From the IMG/VR virus record IMGVR_UViG_3300036790_000209, positions 1-51,261 of that record: DNA of 51,261 bases; one strand, 5' to 3'. Source of the stretch: a virus. Its lineage: Duplodnaviria > Caudoviricetes. The position numbers were made by a program, and so were the translations under genes. The stretch's first letter is position 1. Every line of letters starts with the position of its first letter. Below the pieces are notes generated by a model. It saw only the letters and a program-made list of their open reading frames with translations. It searched no databases and had not been told where the DNA came from. Below, piece after piece: positions 17,681-26,919 of this stretch.

Positions 17681-17841
17681 TTCAAACTGTACCACTACCC
17701 AACGGCGCCACCCTCAAGCATAATGTCCAGTATGAACCGTCTGAATAGTGCCCGCCAAATTCAGATCGTTGCGGCATTTGTTGAAGGTAATGGCGTCAGG
17801 GCAACGGCAAGGATGACCGACTGTTCTCCAGTCACAGTTCA
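17681..17841 (+). mobile_element. IS1-family remnant: terminal-IR-like sequence plus truncated transposase N-terminal HTH
   Basis: TTCAAACTGTACCACTACC followed by MNRLNSARQIQIVAAFVEGNGVRATARMTDCSPVTV; similarity ends where the opposite-strand gene ends. Confidence 0.55.
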
Positions 17842-18105
17842 TCAAGCGAGTGGAAGCCAACTCCCATCGGGAGTCCAGAACTTGCACCTTGCCTGGGCTG
17901 GGATGTCGGCCTCGGTCGGCAGCCTGACTATCTCGCAGACCTTGGCGTCCCGGGCTGGGTTGATAAACCAGTGCACGCAAGAGCAGCACACGTAGGTGTC
18001 GTCCGACTGTGGAGAGTAGTCCACCTCGTCGGGGCCGAACTTTCGCGGCCGGTCATCAAGGAGGGCGTTATAATCGCCGCGAGTCGCCCCTTTACCGTTG
18101 GTCAT
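17842..18105 (-). CDS. HiPIP-like (4-Cys Fe-S) small protein
   Basis: VDY...CCSCVHWF...CEIV...IPAQARCKFW matches HiPIP Cys and aromatic spacing; SD GAGGG. Confidence 0.55.
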   Translation of the reverse strand: MTNGKGATRGDYNALLDDRPRKFGPDEVDYSPQSDDTYVCCSCVHWFINPARDAKVCEIVRLPTEADIPAQARCKFWTPDGSWLPLA

Positions 18106-18277
18106 CGACGATCCCTCGCCGTTTGGCCATCCGCGAGGCGACCGCCTTTTTCTGGTTCTCCTGCGCGGCTTTGCGTTTGGCTTCGCTGCGGCTCTGGCCC
18201 CCCGCGCGGCCGAGGCGTTTAAAGGCATCCCGAACTGCTGGGTCGTTATAATCGATCGGCAATCCTGTCATTGACAT
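18092..18277 (-). CDS. Small basic protein (GRxGG-SRSEAK motif)
   Basis: AAGGGAGG SD; LGRAGGQSRSEAKRKAAQENQKK. Confidence 0.65.
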   Translation of the reverse strand: MSMTGLPIDYNDPAVRDAFKRLGRAGGQSRSEAKRKAAQENQKKAVASRMAKRRGIVDDQR

Positions 18278-18466
18278 CCTCCCTTGGTTACCATCCCTAC
18301 CTTCGGGTGCGTCCCCGGCTATTGCCGAGTCCACCCTTGCGCGGGCAATGGCGTCCCTATCCTCCTGGACACCATCCCTACCCTGTTTACACTCTACCCA
18401 CCTGCAAAGTTGCATGTCCCTGCCGCCAGGTGCGCCCGCCCCACCCCTCCGCCCTACCCGTCCCTC

Positions 18467-18496
18467 TTGACACCCTTCTAAGCGACGTGGTATATC
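18467..18496 (+). promoter_or_regulatory. Putative sigma70-like promoter at the start of the rightward arm
   Basis: TTGACA-18 nt-TATATC with a TG extension. Confidence 0.45.
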
Positions 18497-18516
18497 ATAA
18501 GCGCGGTTACAACGCA

Positions 18517-19020
18517 ATGACCAGTCATAAACCGAAGCCCCTGACAATCTTCAAACACCCCAAGCACCCCCGTTACAATTGGGATTCCCTGAATGCGACC
18601 ACCCACGAGGCCGCCATCAACCGCGCCATCGAACATGACGCCCAGGTCCGCGAGGGCCGCAAACAAAAGGGCTTCCCTTCCCTCAAGCGTTGCAGAAATA
18701 AGACCGGCGTCCGCTTCGGCTCCCTTCCCAAGCGAGACCGCCCCCAAGCTGAAATCGAGCTAACCCGTTTAGTCAACCGCTATATCGCCCACACCGGCAA
18801 GCTCCCGTCGGCCGCCAAAATGGGCTCCTTGATCGGCAACGCCACCTGGATCATCCGCCACGTCAAAAGCGGCAACCGCGCCAGATGGAGAATCCGTCAT
18901 ATCATCATGCGGCGCGTGCTCGACCAATTAGATGCGTCGCAAGCTCGCTTGGATACACCCGCCGACCCCTCCCTCAAAGTCCCTTCAAAGTCCTCCTGGC
19001 GTGGCCTGGACGGTATCTAA
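18517..19020 (+). CDS. Basic hypothetical protein
   Basis: ATG just after the promoter; first rightward gene. Confidence 0.6.
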   Translation: MTSHKPKPLTIFKHPKHPRYNWDSLNATTHEAAINRAIEHDAQVREGRKQKGFPSLKRCRNKTGVRFGSLPKRDRPQAEIELTRLVNRYIAHTGKLPSAAKMGSLIGNATWIIRHVKSGNRARWRIRHIIMRRVLDQLDASQARLDTPADPSLKVPSKSSWRGLDGI

Positions 19021-19204
19021 GGGCTTGTCCACCGCATGACGGGATACTCCACCCAGGTCGTCTAAGGCATCCACCTTACGAAATTCCTTGACAACCCCCC
19101 ACTCACCCGCGTATACGCTCGGGTATGGAAATACCGAAATTTCCTCTTGCGTACCCAGTCTGGACTGAGAAACCTTCCCGACACGCCCCCTTAGGAGGCC
19201 GCTG

Positions 19205-19456
19205 ATGGAAATCCCGAAATGCCCGGCCTTCGTCAAAGGGGACTGCCCCCGCTCAGACCCAATCTGCGTGAGCGAGTCGGACGCGGGCAACACGGCATAT
19301 ACCTTCTTTTGCCGAACCTGCAAACTCCCCTTCGTAATCACCAACCCTCGCGGGAAGGCCCAAGCCGCCCTGCACCGGGAGATCAGCCAAAAGAAATCGC
19401 TCCGGCCCACCGAGCGCGATCGCATCCACTTCGACCTGGGAAGGAATCAACGTTAA
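19205..19456 (+). CDS. Zn-ribbon protein
   Basis: AGGAGG SD; CP...C and FFCRTC. Confidence 0.7.
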   Translation: MEIPKCPAFVKGDCPRSDPICVSESDAGNTAYTFFCRTCKLPFVITNPRGKAQAALHREISQKKSLRPTERDRIHFDLGRNQR

Positions 19457-19499
19457 TGTTCCACCGCAACTACGACCTGAACGCAAAAAGGAAATCCTA

Positions 19500-20042
19500 A
19501 TGCCCCGCGCCCCACTGACCGAGGAACAAAAGCAGGTCCTTCGCGACCGGCTGGCCCGCGCCCGCGACGCCCGCAGTAAAAAGGCCGCCGACCGCAAGAC
19601 CGATAAAGCCAGCGCCCCTAGCGTCCTCCCGACCTCCCCCGTCCACTTCTCCCCCTACGTCCCCTGGACTGAGGGCATCTGGATGAGCGCCCCGATCGAC
19701 GCCTGCCGTACACGCCTCGCCCTCCTAAAGCGCGACTTCGAGTTAGGCTCCCGCATCACCGGCCAACGGCCCGACGTAAACGACCCCTCCACCTATCGCT
19801 GTTTCGTCTGCCACAAAGCGGTCCCCGAGCGCGCTCCCTCCGGTCAAGGCTCCGGTTGGGTATGGAAGCATGATTACCTCGATCCCCTGACCGGCCTGTT
19901 TAAGTCCGTCGTTATCGACACGCAATCGTGCCACATGGTCTACATCAACGACACGCGGCTCCAACAGACGCTCAAAGATTTGATTGCCGGCAAAGTAGCC
20001 GCCTCAGTAGAAGACGTAAAGAAGTCCAAGGTTGCTTCTTGA
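19500..20042 (+). CDS. Hypothetical protein with CxxC
   Basis: AAGGA SD; CFVCH. Confidence 0.65.
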   Translation: MPRAPLTEEQKQVLRDRLARARDARSKKAADRKTDKASAPSVLPTSPVHFSPYVPWTEGIWMSAPIDACRTRLALLKRDFELGSRITGQRPDVNDPSTYRCFVCHKAVPERAPSGQGSGWVWKHDYLDPLTGLFKSVVIDTQSCHMVYINDTRLQQTLKDLIAGKVAASVEDVKKSKVAS

Positions 20043-20266
20043 CTCGTGAACTCACCCCCGTCGAAGTCGATAACCTTCCCTCTAAGGTCTTGATGGCGAT
20101 CGGACGAGGCCAATGGAACGACCGGTCCAGTACTCGCTTCAGCTTACTTGTCGGCCAGATGCGCCGTGACAATGCGCGAATCCATACCACTCTCTGCTAC
20201 CTCCATGGACTGGCATCTCTCGACTCCGAGGACATCGATATCCTACGCGGGTTGCTTACCTTATGA
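20039..20266 (+). CDS. Hypothetical protein upstream of TerL
   Basis: TTGA and ATGA overlaps with both neighbours. Confidence 0.5.
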   Translation: MTRELTPVEVDNLPSKVLMAIGRGQWNDRSSTRFSLLVGQMRRDNARIHTTLCYLHGLASLDSEDIDILRGLLTL

Positions 20267-21996
20267 ACCTCGCGCGGGCCGAACAACTCCTCGCCAAACT
20301 CCCGGTAAAAGACCGCGACTCGGGCTTGATCGTCCCTTTTGTCTTCAACGCGAACCAGCAGATATTCATGGGCCGTCTCAAACGTCAATATGCCTCGATC
20401 GGCATGGTCCGTGCGATCGTACTCAAAGCCCGCCGCGTGGGCATCAGCTCAGCCAGCGACGGTCTATTAGTCCCTCACTGTCTCAGCCGCGCGCAAGCCC
20501 ATGCGAAAATCGTCGCCCACCGCGCGGACACCGCAGAGGGCCTTTTTCGTGTTCCCCGCGACTTGGCTCGCGCCCTCCCCTTCCCAGTCGGTGAAGTTAT
20601 GACCCGAAAAATTATCTTCCACCACCCGCAAGGCCATAGTGTCATGGACATCGCAACCGCGGGAGCCGTGAGCGGTGGGCGCGGCTTGACTCTCTCGGCC
20701 CTGCACCTCTCCGAGGCCGCCCAGTTTACCGGCGAAGACAGCTTTCTCAGCCTGCTTCCTGCGGTGCAAAATGGCCCCGGCTCGATGGTTTTCGTCGAAT
20801 CGACGGCCTTTGGCCGGGTAGGCGTGGGTCGCGCGTTTTATGAGTTCTGGACCAACAGCGTTAAGGGTAAGACCGGCTACATCCCCATCTTCCTCTCTTG
20901 GCTGGACGACCCAGCTTGTATCCGCGACCCCGCCGAAGCGGTTGACGCCCCCATGAACGACATCGAGAAGACTCTCATGGGCCGACCCTTCCGCGCCACC
21001 AAGTCCCAAGTTGCTTGGTTTCGTCACACCCTCGAATCTCAGTGTCAGGGCCTCTTGCCTAAGATGATGCAGGAATATCCTCACACCCCCGAGGTCGCCT
21101 TCGTATCGAGCGGCGACCCAGCCTTCACCGAGGAAGAAATAGCCTACGTCCGCTCGACCATCGAGCCCCCGCACATCGTCGGCCACATCGACTTAGTCGA
21201 TGGCAAGCCGGGGATGGTTAAAGCCCGCCAAGGGAGCCTGCTCATCTGGGAACTCCCTCAGCCGGGCCACCACTACTACATCGGTGCCGACGCTGCAACC
21301 GGCATCGAAGATGGTGACTTTGCCGCCTACTGCGTACTCGACGGCACAACCGGCCATCTAGTAGCCCGCTACGCCGAGCGAGTTCACCCAGAGCACCTGG
21401 CGCGCCAACTGTGGCTCGCCGGGACATTTTACCACCAAGCCAAAATAAACATCGAACTCACCGGCCACCTCGGTCGCGTGATCCAGCGCATCCTCAGGGA
21501 CGACTACCGCTACTGGAATCTCTACGGTTGGAAAGGCAAAGACGATCGCCTGCCTTCCCCCAACAGCAGCAATGGTCCCCGCGCCGGAGGTTGGGAAACC
21601 ACTCCGAACTCCCGCCGCCTCCTGTTCGATACCTTCCGCACCTGCCTGCGAGCAGGCATTCGTGGCGACGAGGCCGACGGCATCGAAGTCCCCGACGAGG
21701 CCATCATCGAGCAGATGGACTTAGCTACCCTCACCGAAGGCATGAGTTGGGAAGTCGAACGCGGACACGACGACATCCTATTTTCCTGTATGTTATCCGT
21801 GATTACTTTCGTTCAATACCCGCCACCCAGAGTCGGCCGCCGTAGCCGTAGGCCCGACCCCGAACAGGCCGACAGGACGAATGGCCTGCCGATGCTGGTC
21901 AAAAACGAACTCCCCATCTCGCTTGGTGACCACCTTCGTCAACTCGAACGCCAGATGAAGCGTGCTGGCAAGCCCGAATCGTTAGATGGAATATAA
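20263..21996 (+). CDS. terL: Terminase large subunit
   Basis: LKARRVGIS (Walker A variant), LHLSEAA (Walker B), VESTA coupling motif, nuclease IGADAATG...D...HDD. Confidence 0.92.
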   Translation: MNLARAEQLLAKLPVKDRDSGLIVPFVFNANQQIFMGRLKRQYASIGMVRAIVLKARRVGISSASDGLLVPHCLSRAQAHAKIVAHRADTAEGLFRVPRDLARALPFPVGEVMTRKIIFHHPQGHSVMDIATAGAVSGGRGLTLSALHLSEAAQFTGEDSFLSLLPAVQNGPGSMVFVESTAFGRVGVGRAFYEFWTNSVKGKTGYIPIFLSWLDDPACIRDPAEAVDAPMNDIEKTLMGRPFRATKSQVAWFRHTLESQCQGLLPKMMQEYPHTPEVAFVSSGDPAFTEEEIAYVRSTIEPPHIVGHIDLVDGKPGMVKARQGSLLIWELPQPGHHYYIGADAATGIEDGDFAAYCVLDGTTGHLVARYAERVHPEHLARQLWLAGTFYHQAKINIELTGHLGRVIQRILRDDYRYWNLYGWKGKDDRLPSPNSSNGPRAGGWETTPNSRRLLFDTFRTCLRAGIRGDEADGIEVPDEAIIEQMDLATLTEGMSWEVERGHDDILFSCMLSVITFVQYPPPRVGRRSRRPDPEQADRTNGLPMLVKNELPISLGDHLRQLERQMKRAGKPESLDGI

Positions 21997-22008
21997 TGGA
22001 GGAAGTCA

Positions 22009-22395
22009 ATGCCTGCCCACGAACGACGCCCAGATCAGCCCCTTGACGCTTACCTATGCCGCATCCTGTTAGCGATCGCCAAGCAAAATGGCGGCGAGGT
22101 GCGTGTCAAGGAAGACGCGATAGAGATTGACACGCGGCAACTGCTCGTGAGAGATTTCGATTCAGCCACGGGTGAAATCATTTTTAGAGTGGCAAGCCGC
22201 TATGCGGAACCGATTTGGGTTGAGCCGGTTCAATCCGCCTGGACCATTCCCTTCGAGGAACGCGCCCGCCAACTCGGCCTAGCCGAGCCGTCGCGTTCCC
22301 ACATCCCGACCGATGAAGAACTCGCGGCCAAGGAGCAACAACGCAACCTGAGACGCCAAACTCGCCCGATAGCCCCACCGACTCCGACCGCTTAA
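22009..22395 (+). CDS. Hypothetical protein
   Basis: GGAGG SD; between TerL and portal. Confidence 0.65.
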   Translation: MPAHERRPDQPLDAYLCRILLAIAKQNGGEVRVKEDAIEIDTRQLLVRDFDSATGEIIFRVASRYAEPIWVEPVQSAWTIPFEERARQLGLAEPSRSHIPTDEELAAKEQQRNLRRQTRPIAPPTPTA

Positions 22396-22415
22396 CCGCT
22401 AAAGACATCCAGCGG

Positions 22416-22679
22416 ATGATCGGTGAGGAATTCGTGCGTCTACGCAAGGAATCCCGCGCTGGAGCTTGGTCCGCCCTGCAAGAAAAACTCATGCTCAACT
22501 TTGGCGTGCTGGTGCCCGAGGCGGCCTCCATGACCGACTTCTTCAAACTGTCGATGGCCATCGAGGACTTCTTGCGTACCGAACAGGGCAGCGAATCCTT
22601 GCACCCCATCGAAGCCCTGGCGAAGTTTCTCAACGAACCCATCCCTGTCGAGCCCGACGACAACGAGGTCATCCAGTGA
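22416..22679 (+). CDS. Hypothetical protein
   Basis: GTGA overlap with the portal start. Confidence 0.55.
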   Translation: MIGEEFVRLRKESRAGAWSALQEKLMLNFGVLVPEAASMTDFFKLSMAIEDFLRTEQGSESLHPIEALAKFLNEPIPVEPDDNEVIQ

Positions 22680-24388
22680 GCCGACGAATCCGTTATTCAG
22701 CCGCCTCCGTTGCCCGCCGCGAGGCCCAACAAGACCCCGACCTTCGGCTAATCGCCCAACTTGACGCTCTCCAAGACGCCGCCGATCAAGAACGCGATCG
22801 CCGCCTCGGTGCCGGGTGGTTTGACGAAGTGCGCTCTTTCTACAACATCGACCCGGCGACCTATAGCGCCCCTACCTTCCGCCCGCGCATCGTGATCCCT
22901 GAACTTCAAGTCTTAATGCTTAACGAGGCGACCGATTTATCCGACTCCATCCCCAAAATCTATATTACTCACAAGACCGATCGCGAGAAGGATCGCGAGA
23001 AAGCCTATCAGGAAAACTGGCGCTCCTCCTTCTACAACAACCGCATCCTCGAAGCGGAAATCTGGGCGCTGTTTGGCGGTACCGGCTTCATCCAAGTAGG
23101 TTTCGACCCCCACGCCCGCCTTGGCAAAGGGGAAGTCTACATTGAATCCCGCGACCCTGATACCGTCCACCCCGACCCCGGCACAAAAGACTGGAAGCGT
23201 TGGGCTTACGTTCAATTCGACGACCGCATGTATATCGACGAGGTTCGCTCTCGGTGGCCCGACACCGGCTATAAAGTCATCCCCCGCCGTGGCCCCGCTC
23301 CGGGACTTGCAGGTGCGGCAGGCACCCTTGGTAACGGCCTCCAAATGCCTCCCGGCCCGATGTCGATCGGTCCCGGCATGGTTTCCAAACTGATCGCAGC
23401 CGATTCAATCGTGGGTGTCCGGCATACTTTCATTCGCGACTACACGGTTGAGGAAATCCCCAAGGATGAACGCGAGCGAATGCGTGAAGCCCTGGACCCT
23501 TTGGTTGCCATCCCCGGTTACAAACGCATGTATCCAAACGGCCGCTGGATCGTTGACTGCGAAGGGATTATACTATCGGATGGCCCGAATCCCTTCCCCC
23601 TGGGCTTATTCCCGATCATCCCCTACCGGGCCATGCCTTCGCTTGGCTGGTTCTGGGGCATCCCGCCGATCCGCTACACGCGCACTTTGCAACAGATCGC
23701 CGAGCGGATGTATACGCAAACTTTCGAAAACGCCGTGCGCCTAAACAACGGTATCTGGTTCATCGACGAATCGACCGGACTCGACGCGGACTCCTTCGGC
23801 GGCCTCCCGGCGGAAATCACGGTGATCCATGCGAACTCCCGCATCCCCGAAGTCCGCTGGCCCGCTCCCATGCCCTCTCAAATGATCCAATTCCCAAGCT
23901 CCCTACTCGACCTCCAGCGCAGACTCCAGGGCCACAGCGCAGCGCGTTCCGGCAACACTTCTCCCGGCAACCAGTCGGCCGACCTATACGACTCAACAAT
24001 TTACCAGGCTCAGTTCCTTACCCGCTTGCGTTCCCGATTAATGTCCGAACCCACTCAGGCGACCGCCGAAATGGTCTTCTACACCATGTGCCGCTTCTAC
24101 AAAGATGGCGCCGCCTTCGCGGGCATCGATGGCGGCGATGTCAAGTGGTCCAAATGGGAAGCCATGGATGAAGACCTTGACGCCTATACCGTGATCCTCG
24201 ACCCAGGATCGCTCAAACCAGTATCGATGTCAGCCCTCCGCTCACTCGCAGTCGAACTCTTGAAAGTAGGACTCCCCATTAAATACGCCCTCGAATGGAT
24301 GGACGTTCCCGAGGCTGACGAGATCGCGCAGGAAGTCCAACAGAACCTAGAGCTTAGCGCCCTTTCGAAAGTGAAGCGCCCCCGATGA
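22676..24388 (+). CDS. Portal protein
   Basis: ~570 aa after TerL; GTGFIQVGFD, DPDTVHPDP, FPIIPY...FWG resemble P22/podovirus-type portals; GTG start with GAGG SD. Confidence 0.82.
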   Translation: MSRRIRYSAASVARREAQQDPDLRLIAQLDALQDAADQERDRRLGAGWFDEVRSFYNIDPATYSAPTFRPRIVIPELQVLMLNEATDLSDSIPKIYITHKTDREKDREKAYQENWRSSFYNNRILEAEIWALFGGTGFIQVGFDPHARLGKGEVYIESRDPDTVHPDPGTKDWKRWAYVQFDDRMYIDEVRSRWPDTGYKVIPRRGPAPGLAGAAGTLGNGLQMPPGPMSIGPGMVSKLIAADSIVGVRHTFIRDYTVEEIPKDERERMREALDPLVAIPGYKRMYPNGRWIVDCEGIILSDGPNPFPLGLFPIIPYRAMPSLGWFWGIPPIRYTRTLQQIAERMYTQTFENAVRLNNGIWFIDESTGLDADSFGGLPAEITVIHANSRIPEVRWPAPMPSQMIQFPSSLLDLQRRLQGHSAARSGNTSPGNQSADLYDSTIYQAQFLTRLRSRLMSEPTQATAEMVFYTMCRFYKDGAAFAGIDGGDVKWSKWEAMDEDLDAYTVILDPGSLKPVSMSALRSLAVELLKVGLPIKYALEWMDVPEADEIAQEVQQNLELSALSKVKRPR

Positions 24389-24615
24389 ACACTCAATCGA
24401 TCCAACTCCCTTGGGAAGCCGATCCTGCTACCCATTGGTATAATCTCTACGACTTCTCGCAAAAATGGCGTCGTACAACCCGCTGTGTCCGCCGCTGGTG
24501 CGCCGATGGCACTCTCGTCCGCTGGGGCTATCGCGTCTATAAAGACCCCCAGGAACGCTGGTGGATTGGCGAACGTAGCGGAAACACCGGACACTCCGAC
24601 ACTATTCCGTCCTGA
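24385..24615 (+). CDS. Small HTH-like protein
   Basis: LYDFSQKWRRTTRCVRRWCADG; ATGA overlap. Confidence 0.5.
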   Translation: MNTQSIQLPWEADPATHWYNLYDFSQKWRRTTRCVRRWCADGTLVRWGYRVYKDPQERWWIGERSGNTGHSDTIPS

Positions 24616-24655
24616 CATATTGACATCCCTCCCCTTCTAACCTCACAGTCCCCCT

Positions 24656-24883
24656 GTGATCGCTACACGCTACGAACTGATGCGCATGGAGTCTCACGGT
24701 GAGTGGTGGCTTGCTCAACTCGCCGTCTCCGGCACTCCTACCGAACCCTTCTGGGTTCACAAGTCCGTCCGTGACGATCCTCGCTACCACACCGAGGACG
24801 GCTTCATGGTTTATCTGTGTAGCTCCGCCGACTCCATGCTCGAACAGTTCGGCGACGCTCGAAAGGCTACCTATGCGGCATAA
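24656..24883 (+). CDS. Hypothetical protein
   Basis: Co-oriented; fills the gap in the head module. Confidence 0.5.
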   Translation: MIATRYELMRMESHGEWWLAQLAVSGTPTEPFWVHKSVRDDPRYHTEDGFMVYLCSSADSMLEQFGDARKATYAA

Positions 24884-25004
24884 GCGCGACAAGGAACCAA
24901 TGAACGACGAGGGAATGGATTCCCCGATGTTTGCCGGTCGCAAAAGCAAGCGAGGCGGCGGGCGCAAGAAGTCCCGCAAAAGTCATCGCAAAGGAATGCG
25001 TTAA
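24873..25004 (+). CDS. 43-aa basic peptide
   Basis: GAAAGG SD; ...GRKSKRGGGRKKSRKSHRKGMR. Confidence 0.6.
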   Translation: MRHKRDKEPMNDEGMDSPMFAGRKSKRGGGRKKSRKSHRKGMR

Positions 25005-25082
25005 TAACCACCCGATTTTACCCGGTGGGGCTCTCCCCAGAGAATCTATCCTGGGTACCCACCGAGAAAGGAGAGCCCGATT

Positions 25083-25133
25083 ATGGCGCGTGGACGACAT
25101 CGCAAACACAGTCGCAAGGGTCACCGGAAGTAG
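25083..25133 (+). CDS. 16-aa protamine-like peptide MARGRHRKHSRKGHRK
   Basis: Strong SD GAAAGGAG about 9 nt upstream; similar to the tail of the preceding peptide. Confidence 0.6.
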   Translation: MARGRHRKHSRKGHRK

Positions 25134-25221
25134 TTCCGGGACCGCTCGCGATTGACAAATAACCGAGCCTGGAGGGGGAGCTGGCGCGAACTGGCTCCCC
25201 TACTTTAGCGGGGAGGAAGCA

Positions 25222-25443
25222 ATGGCACGACGGTCTAAAGACGCAAAGACGCCTGAATCGCGCGACCAAGACAACTGGCGCGACCTGCGTATCACGCATC
25301 AAGAGGGACCGCCTCCACGCCGTTTCGCCTCTCCCATGATGGAACCCATGACGCCCATCCAGCATGGCACCTTCGACGCAGTAACCGGGTTATCCGAACC
25401 GGAAGACTCACTCGGTTTCACCCCGCGACGCAACAAACGATAG
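25222..25443 (+). CDS. Small head-module protein
   Basis: GGAGG SD. Confidence 0.65.
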   Translation: MARRSKDAKTPESRDQDNWRDLRITHQEGPPPRRFASPMMEPMTPIQHGTFDAVTGLSEPEDSLGFTPRRNKR

Positions 25444-25453
25444 GAGACCTGAA

Positions 25454-25657
25454 ATGGCAAAGTCCCGCAAAAGCGGTTGGCCTGAAAAGAATCCTGAAAC
25501 CGGCGCATTCCCGGCCTTGACTACCCCTCTTTCCACCACCGAACCTTCGGGCGACCCGCGCCCCGGCTTCAACAAGACCGTTCCCGACAACGCCGAGCCC
25601 GGCAATCCTGTCGGCTACTCCGGCATGGAACGCGGCGGCCGAAAAGGACGGAAGTAA
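25454..25657 (+). CDS. Small head-module protein with basic termini
   Basis: AGGAG SD. Confidence 0.65.
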   Translation: MAKSRKSGWPEKNPETGAFPALTTPLSTTEPSGDPRPGFNKTVPDNAEPGNPVGYSGMERGGRKGRK

Positions 25658-25663
25658 ACTCCC

Positions 25664-26089
25664 TTGGCAACCGCCCCCAACCCGCTAGTCACCGCCATTC
25701 AGAGCCGCCTCGCGCAAATGCAGGGCGGCGGCGAGCCAGGTGCGCCCATGGCTCCCGGTTCGAATGGAGGGGGTGGGAATAGCTCCGGTGTGGGGGCGCA
25801 ACTCTCCCAGCAATCCGCCGAACTCCATGGTGCCGACCCTGGCTTGTTGATGAAGCAGGTACAGAAGATTCGCGATGCAGTCGGAGTGATGTTCATTCAA
25901 ACTTTCCAGTCCATGCCTAACGCGGCCGGGCATCTCTCAAAAGCCCTTGCCCCGCTCGACCGCGCCCTGAAAGAAATCCAAAACGCTGCCCAAGTCGCAA
26001 GCGCCGTCCGCCCGCCGGTAGGCTTCTCGCTTGCCCAACAGGGACCGGCCGGACCATCCGGCCCTTCGTCCCAGAGCCCAGTATCTTAG
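25664..26089 (+). CDS. Gly/Pro/Gln-rich hypothetical protein
   Basis: Directly upstream of the scaffold gene. Confidence 0.6.
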   Translation: MATAPNPLVTAIQSRLAQMQGGGEPGAPMAPGSNGGGGNSSGVGAQLSQQSAELHGADPGLLMKQVQKIRDAVGVMFIQTFQSMPNAAGHLSKALAPLDRALKEIQNAAQVASAVRPPVGFSLAQQGPAGPSGPSSQSPVS

Positions 26090-26100
26090 GAGCCTAGACA

Positions 26101-26898
26101 ATGCCCACACTCGACGAACTGTTGACCGACACCGCCCTCACCGATGACATCAAGATCACTCTGCCTGGAGGAAAGGAAGTCACTGTAGGCGCCCTGCGCA
26201 CCTTTGCCACCCAGCAGAAAGAAATCGCCACCGCCGCCCAACGTGAATATGAAGCCAAGCGCAAAGAGTCCGACGCCGCTAAGGCCAGAGCGGAAGCCCT
26301 CGCCAAGGACGCTCTGCAACTTTGGGAAGCCGCTGATAAGCGCAGAGCCAGCCCGAGCGAGGCCGCTCCCAATCCCAACGAGCCGGACTGGGATAACGAC
26401 CCTGTCTACCGTCCCATCGGCCAACGCCTGACGAAGCTCGAAAAGGAAGTTCTAGCCGCGCAGCAAGCCGAAATCAAGCAGCTCAGCTCGGCTCTGGCGG
26501 AAGGCTTCAAATTTGTCACCGAGGACTACAACCAGCGTCGCTGGGACGCCCTCCCGAAAGATCAACGCCCCAAGGATAAGACCTGGCGCGATTTCATGGA
26601 GTCCGCCAAGACGCAAAACATCCGCGACTCTTATGGCCTATTCGACCCGATCGAAGCTTACACCCGCTCGACCTCCGACGACCGGCGCGCCGCCGATATC
26701 AAAGCCGCCGAAGCGCGTGGTGCCAAAGCCGCCGAGGAGCGCTTGAAGCAAACCATGATCCCGCGCCCCGGTTCAACTCCGCAGGCTTCTTCAAAGCGCG
26801 AGCCCGCTCCTTTCAAAGACCTGAGCGAAGCGCTAAACGCGGCCAAGATGGACCCGGAAATTTTACGAATTGCGAACGGCGAGGATGCACTCGCCTAA
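26101..26898 (+). CDS. Capsid scaffolding protein (putative)
   Basis: Helical, charged, directly upstream of the major capsid gene; AGGAG SD. Confidence 0.7.
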   Translation: MPTLDELLTDTALTDDIKITLPGGKEVTVGALRTFATQQKEIATAAQREYEAKRKESDAAKARAEALAKDALQLWEAADKRRASPSEAAPNPNEPDWDNDPVYRPIGQRLTKLEKEVLAAQQAEIKQLSSALAEGFKFVTEDYNQRRWDALPKDQRPKDKTWRDFMESAKTQNIRDSYGLFDPIEAYTRSTSDDRRAADIKAAEARGAKAAEERLKQTMIPRPGSTPQASSKREPAPFKDLSEALNAAKMDPEILRIANGEDALA

Positions 26899-26919
26899 CT
26901 TCGTCACTAGGAGACTCAA

